Part shown: positions 41,274 through 42,337 of the stretch, in pieces
How positions within the stretch are numbered: the stretch's first letter is position 1
Layout of the letters: each line of letters starts with the position of its first letter
Source: Candidatus Woesebacteria bacterium
GTDB lineage: Bacteria; Patescibacteriota; Microgenomatia; UBA1406; HO2-37-13b
Direction: 5' to 3'
DNA length: 42,337 nucleotides
Assembly (NCBI GenBank): GCA_018062605.1
Contig: JAGORW010000001.1
Span: 1-42,337, forward strand
Position numbers and translations under genes: made by a program
The notes under the pieces: model-generated
Told to the model about the DNA's origin: nothing
Seen by the model: the letters and a program-made list of their open reading frames with translations, nothing else
Databases searched by the model: none

Positions 41274-42337
41274 TTATCTTTCTCGCCCCAGTTTCTCATA
41301 CAAGGCTCTTTCAGTTTCAGTCAAGACAAATCCTTCAACTGGAATATTCCTATCATGCATAAACACATAGACTCCGGCGAAACCATCTTTAATTTCAAAC
41401 GCTTCTGTAAAAACCTTTCTCTGGAATACAAAATATGTTCGTGCATCGAGATATGACGATCCAATAAGCAAAAGCAACATTCCAATTGCGCAATATGAAT
41501 AATGCTTTTTCAAATACTTGTTATGCATACAGAAATGAGCAAGAGTCATAATACCCAATCCAAGAAAATACATTACAGACGGAAGCACGGTGATAGTCCG
41601 TAACATATTAGGATTTTCATGTGGATATGTCAGAAGCGTGGGAATTATTGCCAAGACTGCATAGACAAGAAATATGGCATTGTACGGATGTCTAAAATTT
41701 CTTACGGACACAATCAAGCCAATCAAAGCAAAAGCGGCAGCAATAATGGTAAGTGCTGGTTTGTGTGGATAATTGTGACGTCCGCTGACATCACCTTGCC
41801 AAAAAAACATTCTAATTGTTTTATCAATGTTATCAAGTAAGAACAATCCTTTCTCTGTAACACTTAAATTCTTGTCTGCAAAGTATAATTGCTGCTGAAT
41901 TCTGACATCATTTTGTTGACCCAAATAAACTGTAAGTGGCAACATTACAGCTCCACACACAACGGCATATATCAGAAAGTTTTTCAAAGTTCTTACTTTT
42001 GAAAAAAGCGCCAAAGCAAGCACTGGAATAAAGATAAACAATCTTCCCGGCTGATATGAATTGTAAGCAAGACCTGCAAAAAACGCTGAAAGAACTAGCC
42101 AAGGAACGCGACGAGTGTTAATAAATTTCACAATTGCACTCAAACTTACAAGCTCTAAGAAAATAACAAACGTTGCTTCAAATGAATAGCGTGCAAAAGA
42201 ATAGTACCAGCGCGTGAGTGCAAAAACCCCTGTTACAATAAATGCCAAATCAACTTTGAGAGGGTGTTTGACCAAAGGGCACTTAATACTTTCTGAGACA
42301 TCCTTAAAAACCTGTCTCAACAATGAGTATAGTGCAA
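41274..42337 (-). CDS. GT-C fold (ArnT/PMT_2-like) membrane glycosyltransferase; 5' end outside window
   Basis: Polytopic membrane protein. The ORF-track 'start' at 42323 is TTG, and the frame stays open to the window edge. It is convergent with the acetyltransferase, with a 2-nt gap between stop codons. Confidence 0.6.
   Translation of the reverse strand, partial: ALYSLLRQVFKDVSESIKCPLVKHPLKVDLAFIVTGVFALTRWYYSFARYSFEATFVIFLELVSLSAIVKFINTRRVPWLVLSAFFAGLAYNSYQPGRLFIFIPVLALALFSKVRTLKNFLIYAVVCGAVMLPLTVYLGQQNDVRIQQQLYFADKNLSVTEKGLFLLDNIDKTIRMFFWQGDVSGRHNYPHKPALTIIAAAFALIGLIVSVRNFRHPYNAIFLVYAVLAIIPTLLTYPHENPNMLRTITVLPSVMYFLGLGIMTLAHFCMHNKYLKKHYSYCAIGMLLLLIGSSYLDARTYFVFQRKVFTEAFEIKDGFAGVYVFMHDRNIPVEGFVLTETERALYEKLGRER

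Noticed and set aside
1-42337. Alternative genetic code (UGA recoding as in some candidate phyla)
   Set aside because: Conserved genes close at the expected lengths with standard stop codons, including TGA (for example murA at 21630-21632). No in-frame TGA interrupts any conserved protein.
1-42337. Mobile elements, prophage, toxin-antitoxin or known defence systems
   Set aside because: No integrase, transposase or recombinase, no terminal inverted repeats flanking a cargo, and no nuclease, ATPase or TA-like gene pairs were recognised. All large ORFs have housekeeping, cell-wall or glycosylation assignments.

Overview
AT-rich, extremely gene-dense bacterial window with about 41 CDS and one tRNA. 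Most intergenic gaps are under 40 nt, there are many ATGA-type start/stop overlaps, and convergent genes have abutting stop codons at 2071/2072 and 41271/41274. The compactness, the many GT-C glycosyltransferases and the gene content suggest a small-genome CPR/Patescibacteria-like lineage; this is inference only.

Layout:
- 1-9.8 kb: housekeeping genes. These are a partial Ig-like surface protein, a GT2, tRNA-Val, lepB, a truncated ParB-like protein, an ABC exporter, rplU-rpmA, rodA and ileS.
- 9.8-30.5 kb, minus strand: one large division/cell-wall (dcw) supercluster. Order is mraZ-rsmH-ftsL-ftsI-murE-pgeF-murC-murB-murA-GT-C(PIG-V-like)-yvcK-dgkA-mraY-[PP-loop 450-aa protein]-murD-ftsW-murG-ftsQ-ftsA-ftsZ.
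- 30.7-33.2 kb: two orphan 161-aa proteins and glyQS.
- 33.2-42.3 kb: a surface-glycan cluster with a GT2, a Wzy_C/O-antigen-ligase-like protein, a GT-C, three GT4s, an acetyltransferase and a convergent GT-C.

No mobile element, CRISPR array or recognisable defence system was seen.

Most notable observations:
1. A PP-loop (GGGKDS) protein sits between mraY and murD. It is a candidate MurL-type UDP-MurNAc-L-Ala-L-Glu epimerase, or else an uncharacterised peptidoglycan-precursor enzyme.
2. Promoter architecture looks leaderless throughout: a TATAAT-like box lies 5-8 nt from the ATG.
3. Two related families of short intergenic tandem repeats (20-nt and 8-nt units) sit exactly at gene boundaries. 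One forms a 28-bp inverted repeat.
4. GTGG direct repeats at a 10-bp period (MraZ-operator-like) lie in the divergent mraZ control region.
5. The dcw cluster is rearranged: it lacks murF and ddl, and its MurE lacks the N-terminal domain.
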